Part shown: in pieces, positions 33,544 through 41,682 of the stretch
How the letters are laid out: each line of letters starts with the position of its first letter
Numbering within the stretch: the stretch's first letter is position 1
Position numbers and translations under genes: made by a program
The notes under the pieces: generated by a model
The model's database searches: none
Seen by the model: only the letters and a program-made list of their open reading frames with translations
Told to the model about the DNA's origin: nothing
IMG/VR virus record: IMGVR_UViG_3300031949_000022
Span: 1 to 64,000 of that record
Strand: one strand, 5' to 3'
DNA from: a virus
Length of the DNA stretch: 64,000 nt

Positions 33544-33869
33544 GAAAAAGTGATCTGCCCGTATGGCGGGCTTGGCAGGTGTCGACGCTCACATTGGGTG
33601 TTCGCCCAGACGGCGGCGCCGAGCACGCGATCGAACTCACCGAACGTGGCGGCGTCGGCGGCGTCGGACATGTTCCAGTGGCCCCATTCGTCGCAGGCCA
33701 ATGGCTCCCCGATCATCCTGCCGATCATCCACCCGAACCGCGTCGAGACGATTCGCTCGGCCGCGAGCCAGTCGGTCTCGGCACGGGGTTTGGCGCTGCA
33801 CTCCACCGTGTCGTAGATGATCTGCGCGACCTTGCGGGTCAGGTAGTAGGTTGCTGTCTCTCGGGTCAT
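33540..33869 (-). CDS. hypothetical protein, paralogue of 34752..35102
   Basis: Start moved to ATG 33869 so that MTRETATYYLTRKV aligns with MTRQNSREFLVRKV; shared AERIV..W(M)..RM.G.PL...W......DA.F..FD..LG...W....C....LP.PPYG. Confidence 0.6.
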   Translation of the reverse strand: MTRETATYYLTRKVAQIIYDTVECSAKPRAETDWLAAERIVSTRFGWMIGRMIGEPLACDEWGHWNMSDAADAATFGEFDRVLGAAVWANTQCERRHLPSPPYGQITFS

Positions 33870-34009
33870 CGTTTCCTCCAGTACTTCCCCCGCTCGCACC
33901 AAGGTGTCCGCGGGTCAGGCCTTCGCGCCGGCAACAGCCATCCGATCAGCACGAGGTAGAGCGCGACGGCGCACGCGATCGACAGGGTGTCGAGGTCCAG
34001 GTCAGGCAC
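33866..34009 (-). CDS. 47-aa single-TM mini-protein
   Basis: Not in ORF track; GTG 34009 after GGAGG; VPDLDLDTLSIACAVALYLVLIGWLLPARRPD..; stop forms ATGA with the next gene. Confidence 0.45.
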   Translation of the reverse strand: MPDLDLDTLSIACAVALYLVLIGWLLPARRPDPRTPWCERGKYWRKR

Positions 34010-34223
34010 GCTCTGCCTCCGCTAGCCGCAGTTCGTCCTCGGTGACTCGCCATGGGCTGTTGACCTCGGTGTCCTTGAGCTTCCCCCGGTGCGGGGCAAG
34101 CCGGTGCACGAAGCGCACGCCCTGGCCATCCCATTGAATCTCGATGAAGCGCCGACTCCAGTGCCTGATTCGGCAGCCCACCGAGCGAGTGCCATCGGTC
34201 AGGACGATGTAGTGGTCAGGCAT
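34002..34223 (-). CDS. hypothetical protein (73 aa)
   Basis: ORF in operon. Confidence 0.5.
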   Translation of the reverse strand: MPDHYIVLTDGTRSVGCRIRHWSRRFIEIQWDGQGVRFVHRLAPHRGKLKDTEVNSPWRVTEDELRLAEAERA

Positions 34224-34755
34224 TCACGATCCTCCTAAACGTGATGACGGTGACGAGCGGATTGCTTGACCACGGGGCGCGATGGCCGTGGAGCTCATTC
34301 CACTTGTTGGCGAACGCCATCCATGGCGCCTGAGAGCCGTACCACTCGCAAAAGTGCCCCACGTACTCCTCGGTGATCCCCTCCGCGTAGACGTCGGCCT
34401 TGGGCATGTCGTGCAGATGCTCTGCCCGCACCCCGGTGACCTCGAGCGTGATGCGAGACGCCCAGCGGGGCATGTAGAGCGGGGAGCGCCAGAAGCAACC
34501 ATCTGGGTGGGCCCACTCACACCGGTAATCCAGTTCCCAGTTTGGTGGACAACTATCTGCCCCGGAAAGCGATGCCATGTGCCAGTCCGTCAGATCGAAC
34601 GGAGCGTGCAATCCCCAGGTTTCCTTCACCCAGACGTGATCCCCGACGGACCACTTGACCGGACGCTTGCCGATGAGCCTCCTGGTCATCGTCTTGCGCC
34701 CGGCGAGGATTGATCGCACGGATTCTCCGGTGAAAATCAGGGGTCTCGTGGTCAT
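34216..34755 (-). CDS. conserved phage protein, probably ASCH/PUA-like fold
   Basis: Start moved to ATG 34755 (ATGA overlap); LIFTGESVRSILAGRKTMTRRL...SPLYMPRWASRITLEVTGVRAEHLHDM is a family I recognise from many prophages. Confidence 0.5.
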   Translation of the reverse strand: MTTRPLIFTGESVRSILAGRKTMTRRLIGKRPVKWSVGDHVWVKETWGLHAPFDLTDWHMASLSGADSCPPNWELDYRCEWAHPDGCFWRSPLYMPRWASRITLEVTGVRAEHLHDMPKADVYAEGITEEYVGHFCEWYGSQAPWMAFANKWNELHGHRAPWSSNPLVTVITFRRIVNA

Positions 34756-35102
34756 CCTGTCCTCCCTACGATTCCGATTGTCTCGCCATACGGGGGTCGC
34801 GGCAGCCCGGAGAAGCACTCGCTGACGCACTGCCAGAACACGTACCATCCAAGGCGCGCATCGAAGAGGTCAAACGATGCGTCGTCTGAGATCTCCCAGC
34901 AGAGCCACTTCGCGAATCCGTCCTCGGGCAGCGGGTCGCCCATCATACGCCGGAGCATCCACTCAAGCTTCTCGTCTACGATTCGCTCAGCCTCGAGTTG
35001 ATCCATCCGTTGGCGCGGCTCGTCGCTGAGCCATTCGACGTGTCCGTCGAGGACCATGGAGACCTTCCGCACCAGGAACTCGCGGGAGTTCTGACGGGTC
35101 AT
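34752..35102 (-). CDS. hypothetical protein, paralogue of 33540..33869
   Basis: See 33540..33869. Confidence 0.6.
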   Translation of the reverse strand: MTRQNSREFLVRKVSMVLDGHVEWLSDEPRQRMDQLEAERIVDEKLEWMLRRMMGDPLPEDGFAKWLCWEISDDASFDLFDARLGWYVFWQCVSECFSGLPRPPYGETIGIVGRTG

Positions 35103-35632
35103 TGTCTCTCCTCTGCAAAATCGACCTCGACAAGTCCGTTCTTTCGCTCAGCAACTCGGCGAGAGATCGTGAGCACTCCGCCAATCCGTCGCATCTCCGC
35201 GACCAGCAGCACCTGCTCGTGTCGCTCGTCACGGGCCCAGTTCCACCCAGCTCTGACGACGCGCTTGGCGCGACTACCGGCCCAGATGAGCAGTCCCCAA
35301 CCGTCGGGGAGGTCGTCGGCAGTCGCCAGTCCTTCGAGCGTCAGCAGGTACCGATGGCGGCCCAGCGTCTGCGGTGGCTTGCGTCGATTGGCGACGACGT
35401 CCGCTCGCGACACCTTGGCCTCGACGACGGTGCACACGGTATCGACGACCGTACCGACCCCGGTACCTCTCCAGATGGATCGCCACCCGATCGCGTCCGG
35501 GATCTCAGCGAGGCCGGGGTGGGACGCCTCGCGCATGACGATGCAACACCGTTCCGTGCGGCTGAGCCAGGCGCAGGCGTGGCAGACCAGCTGGTCGTGG
35601 GTCAACGCCGCGTCCCTCGCACTACTCGCCAC
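35099..35632 (-). CDS. PD-(D/E)XK nuclease-fold protein, MmcB-like
   Basis: EIPDAIGW ... VVEAKVSRADVV motif arrangement. Confidence 0.5.
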   Translation of the reverse strand: MASSARDAALTHDQLVCHACAWLSRTERCCIVMREASHPGLAEIPDAIGWRSIWRGTGVGTVVDTVCTVVEAKVSRADVVANRRKPPQTLGRHRYLLTLEGLATADDLPDGWGLLIWAGSRAKRVVRAGWNWARDERHEQVLLVAEMRRIGGVLTISRRVAERKNGLVEVDFAEERQ

Positions 35633-35712
35633 AAGGCCAGCATGATGACAGTGAGCGACACGCCTGACGCACAGCCGAGCAGGTAGATGGCGAGGTAGGT
35701 GGGGTCTGTCAC
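35602..35712 (-). CDS. 36-aa single-TM mini-protein
   Basis: Not in ORF track; GTG 35712 in GTGA overlap with DUF1643 stop; VTDPTYLAIYLLGCASGVSLTVIMLALWRVVRGTRR. Confidence 0.4.
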   Translation of the reverse strand: MTDPTYLAIYLLGCASGVSLTVIMLALWRVVRGTRR

Positions 35713-36248
35713 GGTCGCACCTCCGGAATCGGCACCGGAGTCAGGCTTGCCGGAAGGTAGAGTAAATGCGTCGGGGAACCGTCAGCGTTCAGCCGCAACG
35801 CGTGCGGGACGACCCCGGACGCGCGGAGCATGTCCAGCACCTCGGCCCCACGTTGCCCCCCGAGCTTCCCCCAGCCGCAGACGACGAGGTCGGAGACGTG
35901 CGCCGCGTGCATGAGCCACTCGTCGTTTGCGGGACCGATTGCCTCCGGGTCCGGCGGTATCTTCCGAGGGTCGGTCTCGCGCCACGCACGCACGTTGACC
36001 GTCCAGCTCCACCCGTAGCCCCAGTCGGAGCAATACCGGAGCCAGCGGCGCAGTGTTGGATCGAGCTGCTCGGCCGTGGCGGTCGAGGGGTTCGCGCCGA
36101 TGAGCAGAGCCCGGCGCTTGTTGGCGAGCCCGGTAGGCCACCGCAGAAGGTATCGATACCGTCTGCACGCCGAGAACTCGGCGCTCGGAGCGTCAAAGAA
36201 CCGGTTCACTCCGTCGGCGTCGAAGAATTGGAGCTGACGGCGTGTCAC
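35709..36248 (-). CDS. DUF1643 family protein
   Basis: RRYRYLLRWP..LLIGANPSTATAEQLDPTLRR...GYGW..VNV...RETDP....GP.ND....VVCGWG......PTHLLYLP matches the DUF1643 pattern. Confidence 0.75.
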   Translation of the reverse strand: MTRRQLQFFDADGVNRFFDAPSAEFSACRRYRYLLRWPTGLANKRRALLIGANPSTATAEQLDPTLRRWLRYCSDWGYGWSWTVNVRAWRETDPRKIPPDPEAIGPANDEWLMHAAHVSDLVVCGWGKLGGQRGAEVLDMLRASGVVPHALRLNADGSPTHLLYLPASLTPVPIPEVRP

Positions 36249-36592
36249 GCCAGCACCTCGTCCGACGCGTCTCCAGAATCTCCGAGGCCAACGGCGGACA
36301 GATCTGATGGCGTCAGCGCGTCAATGCTTCGGAGCAGGTTCGCGTACTGAACGGAGTGCACGCCGCGCGGCAGGGCCACCTGCAGGCCCCGGTTCCACGC
36401 GAGGGCCGCCCTCAGCAGTGCCAGCACGGGTTCGGGGATTGTTCGCTGGTTCCAATCCTCGAGCCGTCTCCAGCTGCCTCCAGCGCAGCGACGTGGGGAC
36501 GAGCACCTCGCAGACGGCACACCAAGTCCGACGGGGTCCTGGCATTCCTCGGCCGGAGCCCCGCAAAACGGACATGGCTTCGCGCGGGTCAT
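36245..36592 (-). CDS. Lar-like zinc-ribbon protein, paralogue of 32735..33058
   Basis: Start moved to ATG 36592; MTRAKPCPFCGAPAEEC......RCAGGSWRRLEDWNQR. Confidence 0.55.
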   Translation of the reverse strand: MTRAKPCPFCGAPAEECQDPVGLGVPSARCSSPRRCAGGSWRRLEDWNQRTIPEPVLALLRAALAWNRGLQVALPRGVHSVQYANLLRSIDALTPSDLSAVGLGDSGDASDEVLA

Positions 36593-36600
36593 GGAGCCAG

Positions 36601-36963
36601 TCACGCCAGCACCGCCATCCGGTGTTCGCGCCAGAGAGCTACGGCCCCTCGAATGTTCTCCTTGGTGACCTCCGCATCGTCCCACCCGTCGGCGTCGAAC
36701 TCCGTAGACCAGATGGGTTCGGTCGACGAGACATCAGTGCCCGGAGCGTAGACCTCCAGCGAGCCGCCATCCCTCGCTCGGTAGTAGATGGGGTGGCCGT
36801 CGGCCTCCCCGGTCCCTTGCACCGGGCATGGCCCGTAGAAGTCGATCGACAGGCCGGGCTCGTTGATGCCCCCGCAAGTGGCTGCCGCGTTGTGCCCTAT
36901 CTCGTCGATTGCCTCGTCTGTCAGGCCGAGCAAGGCCTTCAGCGCATCGCGGACTTCGGTCAT
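36601..36963 (-). CDS. hypothetical protein (120 aa)
   Basis: ORF, 4-nt overlap with integrase stop. Confidence 0.55.
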   Translation of the reverse strand: MTEVRDALKALLGLTDEAIDEIGHNAAATCGGINEPGLSIDFYGPCPVQGTGEADGHPIYYRARDGGSLEVYAPGTDVSSTEPIWSTEFDADGWDDAEVTKENIRGAVALWREHRMAVLA

Positions 36964-38222
36964 GGAAGCACCGCCATCTGGTGGGCCGCGGAGGCGAGGG
37001 CCCAGTGCTCGAGCGATAGTCCACCGGCCGCTACCGACTGTCGCGTCCCTGCGCCGAGTCTCCCTCCCGGGCCCCAGGTCTCACCGGGTCCAATCTGGGA
37101 TTTTCCCCGGTGACCCAGGGCAAACCCCGCTATCCGAGGGGTAGCGCCACGGCTATGTTGGCCGATCTGGTTGACGGGAGTTGTCGCGAGAAGCGTGTCG
37201 GTTTCGGACACACTGTAGCGTTGGCGTATCGGATTGACCCCTGCCAGCTTGGCCTCGGCCAGGAGCCCGAGCGCCTCGGGTGTCGGCTGCCCGTAGACCC
37301 GGTCAACCAGCGCCGAGGTCGTGTGGCCGAGGAGCCTGCGGACCACGTCTCTGTCGACGCCGAGCTCGACCAGCAGGGTCGAGTGCGTCCGGCGGAGGTC
37401 GTTCGGCGAGCACCGTTCGATGCCCGCGCGGAGGCACGCGGCCAACAGGGACTCGTGGACGTGCTTCCAGTGGGCGAGAGGGAGGTACCCGACGGCCCCC
37501 TCGAGCAGCGGTCGGTAGACGGAGAGGACCGGGAGCCACCGGCGGGAGCCCTGCGTCTTGGTGCCGCCGACGAACACGCGCCCGGCGGCGAGGTCAACGT
37601 CGGTCGGGAGCAACCGGAAGGCCTCGCTCAGACGGACCCCGAGGGCCACGCAGATGGCCACCAGGGCGCCCCGGTGCGGAGGAAGCTGCGCCAGGAGCCT
37701 CACGACCTCCTCCCGCGTCAGGGACCGCTTGCGGGGCACGTAGGTGGCATTGAGGTCCGGGGGGCGGATCGTCTCGAGATCTCCAGCCCAGACGCTCGAC
37801 CGCTTCGCGAGCCTGAGCAGCATCTTGATGTGGCTCAGCTCCTTGCCGATCGTCTGGTCGGCGACGCCCTCGGTCCTCCGCTGCCGAACATACGCGTCGA
37901 CCAAGTCGGGGCCGACTTCAGCGAGCCGGCAGTCGTTCCCCCAGAGGCGAACGAAGTGCCCGAGCTTCATCCGGTAGATGCCCATGGTGGCCTCGGAGCG
38001 CACCGGAGCCTTGACCTCGATCAGTCGTCCGATCCACTCGCCGAGGGTCGCCGCTTCCGCGGCTGCGTGGGACGGATCAACGGCCTCGAGTTCGCGGCGC
38101 CTTCGCCAGGCTCGAGCCGCTGCAAGGCTCGTGCAGTGGGTCGTCCGCGCTTTCCTCGTGACCGGATCCGTCCGGACCCACCAGAATCGCCCGCGCCTGT
38201 AGAACCCGTCGCGCTCAGCCAT
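36960..38222 (-). CDS. int: tyrosine integrase with ~100-aa extension after the catalytic Tyr region
   Basis: Start moved to ATG 38222 (MAERDGFYRRGRFWWVRTD..); GVRLSEAFRL, NDLRRTHSTLLVELG, LLGHTTSALVDRVY boxes; ORF continues ~105 codons past the Tyr. Confidence 0.85.
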   Translation of the reverse strand: MAERDGFYRRGRFWWVRTDPVTRKARTTHCTSLAAARAWRRRRELEAVDPSHAAAEAATLGEWIGRLIEVKAPVRSEATMGIYRMKLGHFVRLWGNDCRLAEVGPDLVDAYVRQRRTEGVADQTIGKELSHIKMLLRLAKRSSVWAGDLETIRPPDLNATYVPRKRSLTREEVVRLLAQLPPHRGALVAICVALGVRLSEAFRLLPTDVDLAAGRVFVGGTKTQGSRRWLPVLSVYRPLLEGAVGYLPLAHWKHVHESLLAACLRAGIERCSPNDLRRTHSTLLVELGVDRDVVRRLLGHTTSALVDRVYGQPTPEALGLLAEAKLAGVNPIRQRYSVSETDTLLATTPVNQIGQHSRGATPRIAGFALGHRGKSQIGPGETWGPGGRLGAGTRQSVAAGGLSLEHWALASAAHQMAVLP

Positions 38223-38368
38223 CGCTCCAACCTCGCTCTCGGAATCCGCCAGTTGCTCTCGCCTAGTTCGAATGCCCCCGCGTCCCGCATGATGCCCGCC
38301 GCCATCCGCCTCGTGCACTTGAGGACGCGCGCCACGTCGCCGACGTCGTAGACCTCGGGGTCCGTCAT
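38021..38368 (-). CDS. xis: excisionase-type HTH protein
   Basis: ATG 38368 (ATGA overlap); MTDPEVYDVGDVARVLKCTRRMAAGIMRDAGAFELGESNWRIPRARLERWL; the remaining ~60 codons overlap int out of frame and look low-complexity. Confidence 0.55.
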   Translation of the reverse strand: MTDPEVYDVGDVARVLKCTRRMAAGIMRDAGAFELGESNWRIPRARLERWLSATGSTGAGDSGGSGRIRSRGKRGRPTARALQRLEPGEGAANSRPLIRPTQPRKRRPSASGSDD

Positions 38369-38790
38369 GAGCGCCGCGCCATTGGTCGGACTTCGATGCC
38401 ACACCCGATCAGCGCCAGATCGATCAGTTTCCGATCGATCACGCGCAGTCTGGCGGGTCCGTCTAGTCCCCAACCATATCCAGTGATATCAGCTACCCGC
38501 TTGGCCCATCCGGCCTCGAGTTGCATGCCAGCCGACAGACCCACCTGCTCCCCGCACGCAATGACCAGTTCGCAGCGCTCGATCGCCGCTCGGTCGATCT
38601 CGAGCCCGAGCTCCCTCATCGACTCGGGCCATTCCGCGGCCAGGATGATCCACGGCGCCACCGGTTCGATCAGGTAGCGCCCCGCGAGCCACGCGACCCA
38701 CCTCTGCGCCTTGAGTCGGTTGGTCTCTCGATCCGCGCCAGCCCCGAGGCGATGGGCGATGTAGCAGGGGATGAGCGACGTCACGCGCAC
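38365..38790 (-). CDS. nucleoside 2-deoxyribosyltransferase-like fold protein (DUF1937/DUF4406-like)
   Basis: YIAHRLGAG..N...A..W.AWL......P..PW..........LGLEIDRAAIERCELVIACGEQVGLSAGMQLEAGWA pattern. Confidence 0.5.
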   Translation of the reverse strand: MRVTSLIPCYIAHRLGAGADRETNRLKAQRWVAWLAGRYLIEPVAPWIILAAEWPESMRELGLEIDRAAIERCELVIACGEQVGLSAGMQLEAGWAKRVADITGYGWGLDGPARLRVIDRKLIDLALIGCGIEVRPMARRS

Positions 38791-38996
38791 CTCGCCCGGA
38801 GCACGTGCCTGACCATCATCGCGATCTCGTATCCGGGGGGCTGCTCACCGACCACGAGCCACGTGTGCCGGCAGCCGGGGCGGTGGGTGCACCGGTGGAC
38901 CTCGAGCGGGACTTGCCCGGTATGAACCTCCACGATGCGGTAGTGCTCGTGAGAACAGGCCTGCTCGGCTTCTGGGCGGCGGCGGAAGGGGATCAT
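38781..38996 (-). CDS. hypothetical 71-aa Cys/His-containing protein
   Basis: Internal ATG 38996 just after upstream stop. Confidence 0.4.
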   Translation of the reverse strand: MIPFRRRPEAEQACSHEHYRIVEVHTGQVPLEVHRCTHRPGCRHTWLVVGEQPPGYEIAMMVRHVLRARCA

Positions 38997-38998
38997 GC

Positions 38999-39694
38999 TC
39001 ACGCCTCGGCCACGGTTTCGACAGAGACGTTGACGCGAACATCTTCGTGCGGATCGGACGTCGCATTCCCAGTCGCGGCGCGAGCTTCCCTGCACCAGAT
39101 CTTCTGGTGGTGGTTCGTTGGAGCGTCACTCACCCGAGCCTGATCGGCAACGCCCTCGGCGTACATGTAGTCGTCGTACATGAAAGCGAACGACAGGTTC
39201 AGGCTGAACATGACGTCCAGCATGATCCCAGTCGGAACGTACGCTGGGTACGCAAGACGCTTGTCGAAGAATCGCTCGTAGCGCGACTGCTTGCCACGGA
39301 ACCGTCCAATCGCATCATCGACAGCGCTCTGCCCCTTGCCGATGATGGCGCCGATGTTCCGCTTGGCGATCGCATGTGGCAGCCGCACGGTGGGCCCATC
39401 GAGCACCGGGACCCAATGGCTGATTCTCGGAAGCTTGCTCCTGCCCTTGTGGTGCACCGCGTGGCAGAACAACCTCAGAATCAAGACCATCGTGTCCGTC
39501 ATCTCGAGTTCGTCGCAGATGGGCACGTCGTCGTCTTCGATCCTGAGAGTTTCGCGCCAGAGCCCGGCAAGCAGGCCCTCGAGCCACTGGCGCCCACGCT
39601 TTGCGCTCTTGAAGTCAGGGCACGACTTGAGGAGCTCGATGTCAGCTCGGTGCAAAGTTTCCAACGCTTTGAGTTGCTCGGATACGTCGTTCAT
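38999..39694 (-). CDS. hypothetical protein (231 aa)
   Basis: ORF in operon. Confidence 0.55.
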   Translation of the reverse strand: MNDVSEQLKALETLHRADIELLKSCPDFKSAKRGRQWLEGLLAGLWRETLRIEDDDVPICDELEMTDTMVLILRLFCHAVHHKGRSKLPRISHWVPVLDGPTVRLPHAIAKRNIGAIIGKGQSAVDDAIGRFRGKQSRYERFFDKRLAYPAYVPTGIMLDVMFSLNLSFAFMYDDYMYAEGVADQARVSDAPTNHHQKIWCREARAATGNATSDPHEDVRVNVSVETVAEA

Positions 39695-40671
39695 GACTTC
39701 TCGCCCCTGATGACGGTGAGTGCCATCTGTTTCCCAACGGTGGTGTTCCCGTGGACGCTCTCAACTTCACGCCACGCTCGAAGGCTGATGTCGCGGCAGA
39801 GCTGCGCCCACGCTTGGTGCTCCGTCGGTCCGATGATCGACTTGAGCGGCCTCCGGGTGAGGAGGTGATCTAGGTTTCGGTACAGCTCGAACAGCTCGCG
39901 TTCGTCGCGCTGGAGCTTCGCCGATTCTTCTGCCACCCGTTCCTCGTGTGTCGACGGCGTGAGCATCGTCTTCGGCTTCTCGGGCTTGGACGCAACGGCC
40001 TTCAGGACAGTGGGGTCAGCGATGGATCCGCCCTGACGCTTCTCCTCGGCCTTCACGGCCTTCGCCGCAGGAGTCGGTTTGACAGCCCCGCGGTTGACGG
40101 CCGTCTTCAGTTCCTCGGGGACGCCAGGCGTGGTGAAGACGGTTTCGAGCGCGCGGGCCTCGTCGACACCGACACCAAGCACGGCCGCTGCATCGTCCCG
40201 GCTCTTGGAAAGTGTGGGTCTAGCCCCACACTTTTCTGCAGGCTCACGCGCCCCCTTCGGGCGTCCCATCTTCCGCTTCGTCCCACCCGCGGAGACCGGC
40301 AGCTCCTTCAGTCGCTTGAACGCCATGGCGACCTCCGCCTTCGTTAGCTGCCGCCGATCCGTGTTCTGCCGGATCACGAACTCCACCTCGGCGCGGTAGT
40401 CCGGGAAGGGCGGGACTACACGGACGGGCACCAACTTCAGCCCAGCCTTGGCGGCGGCTGCCTTTCGAAGGTGGCCGGCCAGGATCGTGCCGTCCGCCTT
40501 GATCGCCAGAGGCTCTAGGACCCCTAGCTTTCGAATCGACGTCAGCAACACGTCGAAGGCGTCGCACTCTTCGGGGTCGCCGAAGATGAGCGAGTTTTCC
40601 GGGTGGCTCCGAAGGTCCGAGATCAACCGGGTGTCGCTCACGCTGCCTCCCTCGTCGCCACCAGCACCCAC
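39691..40671 (-). CDS. ParB/Spo0J-like N-terminal domain protein
   Basis: LRSHPENSLIFGDPEE..LLTSIRKLGVLEPLAIKADGTILAGHLRKAAAAKAGL; no ParA seen. Confidence 0.7.
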   Translation of the reverse strand: MGAGGDEGGSVSDTRLISDLRSHPENSLIFGDPEECDAFDVLLTSIRKLGVLEPLAIKADGTILAGHLRKAAAAKAGLKLVPVRVVPPFPDYRAEVEFVIRQNTDRRQLTKAEVAMAFKRLKELPVSAGGTKRKMGRPKGAREPAEKCGARPTLSKSRDDAAAVLGVGVDEARALETVFTTPGVPEELKTAVNRGAVKPTPAAKAVKAEEKRQGGSIADPTVLKAVASKPEKPKTMLTPSTHEERVAEESAKLQRDERELFELYRNLDHLLTRRPLKSIIGPTEHQAWAQLCRDISLRAWREVESVHGNTTVGKQMALTVIRGEKS

Positions 40672-40678
40672 GCCTGAG

Positions 40679-41395
40679 TCATGCTGACCGCCCGATTTCC
40701 GACCAGGCTAGGTCCAGAGCCTCCTCAGGGTAGGTGTGGACGCTTCCGAAGCGAGCGTCCGCCACGCTCCCGATGTGCCACCCGTTCGCCTTGCAGACCG
40801 CGGTCGCCCGCTTCCCGACCTTCGTCGCCTTGACCGCGTCCAGCTTCAGCGCGCGGCGCTTCGACCATCCGAGCACGCTGTAGTAGCCGAACCCGGCGTC
40901 CTGGATGCCCTGCTGTTCCAGGGCCCGTTCGACCAGCACGAGGCGACTGTCCTGGGCCAGCTGGCGCTGCTCGATGTCCACCAGCGCTTGCGCCATGGCG
41001 AGGGCCTGCTGGGCTGCTGAGGCCGGCTGCATTGCCAGCGACGGGGCCTCGCCCTTGACAATCGCTGTGGCCCACCGGCGGAAGTCCGCTCCCCGCTCGG
41101 ACCTGACCCGGTACCCGACGTGGAGAGCCATGTCCTGATTCACGTGGCGGAGCTTCACCGACCGCGTACCCGACCCGTGGGCCACTTGAGCGAAGTATTC
41201 CTTCGCGCTTGTCTCAGGCAGCTCGCTCTCAGCCAGGATGTTCTGTACGTGCTGCTCGATGGTCCTGCGGTCGACACCGAACAACTCGGCCAGCTGGGCG
41301 ATTGTGACCCATGCCTGCCCGTCCTCAACCCGACACGCCAAGTCGATGCCGTGCTCTTGGTACCGTACGATGTCGCTCACGCCACCCTCCCGCAT
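40679..41395 (-). CDS. RhuM / antirepressor-like DNA-binding protein
   Basis: AWVTIAQLAELFGVDRRTIEQHVQNILAESEL...HVGYRVRSERGADFRRWAT resembles RhuM N-terminal region. Confidence 0.55.
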   Translation of the reverse strand: MREGGVSDIVRYQEHGIDLACRVEDGQAWVTIAQLAELFGVDRRTIEQHVQNILAESELPETSAKEYFAQVAHGSGTRSVKLRHVNQDMALHVGYRVRSERGADFRRWATAIVKGEAPSLAMQPASAAQQALAMAQALVDIEQRQLAQDSRLVLVERALEQQGIQDAGFGYYSVLGWSKRRALKLDAVKATKVGKRATAVCKANGWHIGSVADARFGSVHTYPEEALDLAWSEIGRSA

Positions 41396-41682
41396 GCCAA
41401 CTTGAACAGCAACTCCCCCACCTCTTCCCCAACTTCCTCCTCCGCGTCGGCTTCCAGACGCCGGAGGCAGTATTCGACCAGGCTGCGATCGACATACCAG
41501 CAGCGTTGGAGGACGGGGGCTAGTGCGTCGAGGATCTCTCTGGCGACCATGCCGTTGGCCGACTTTGCGTCCTCGAGATCACATTCGACATCTCGGAGTT
41601 CACCTCTGAGATCCAGAATCTCGGCCCCGAGATTCTGGACTTCGTCTTCGAGATCCCGGACTTCGACTTCCAGGTTTCTCAC
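41377..41682 (-). CDS. acidic coiled-coil protein (101 aa)
   Basis: GTG 41682 in GTGA overlap; VRNLEVEVRDLEDEVQNLGAEILDLRGELRDVE. Confidence 0.45.
   Translation of the reverse strand: MRNLEVEVRDLEDEVQNLGAEILDLRGELRDVECDLEDAKSANGMVAREILDALAPVLQRCWYVDRSLVEYCLRRLEADAEEEVGEEVGELLFKLACGRVA

Noticed and set aside
36960-37280. tRNA gene or tRNA 3' fragment inside the integrase extension as the attP core
   Set aside because: I found no GGTTCGA-type T-arm or acceptor/CCA-like segment by eye. GTGTC-CGAAACC-GACAC near 37200 (minus strand) does not fit a T-loop. Left as an open question, not a feature.
38223-38402. N-terminal 60 codons of the 480-aa integrase ORF
   Set aside because: The translation is an Arg/Gly-rich out-of-context sequence overlapping the xis-like ORF. 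The canonical integrase N-terminus starts at ATG 38222.
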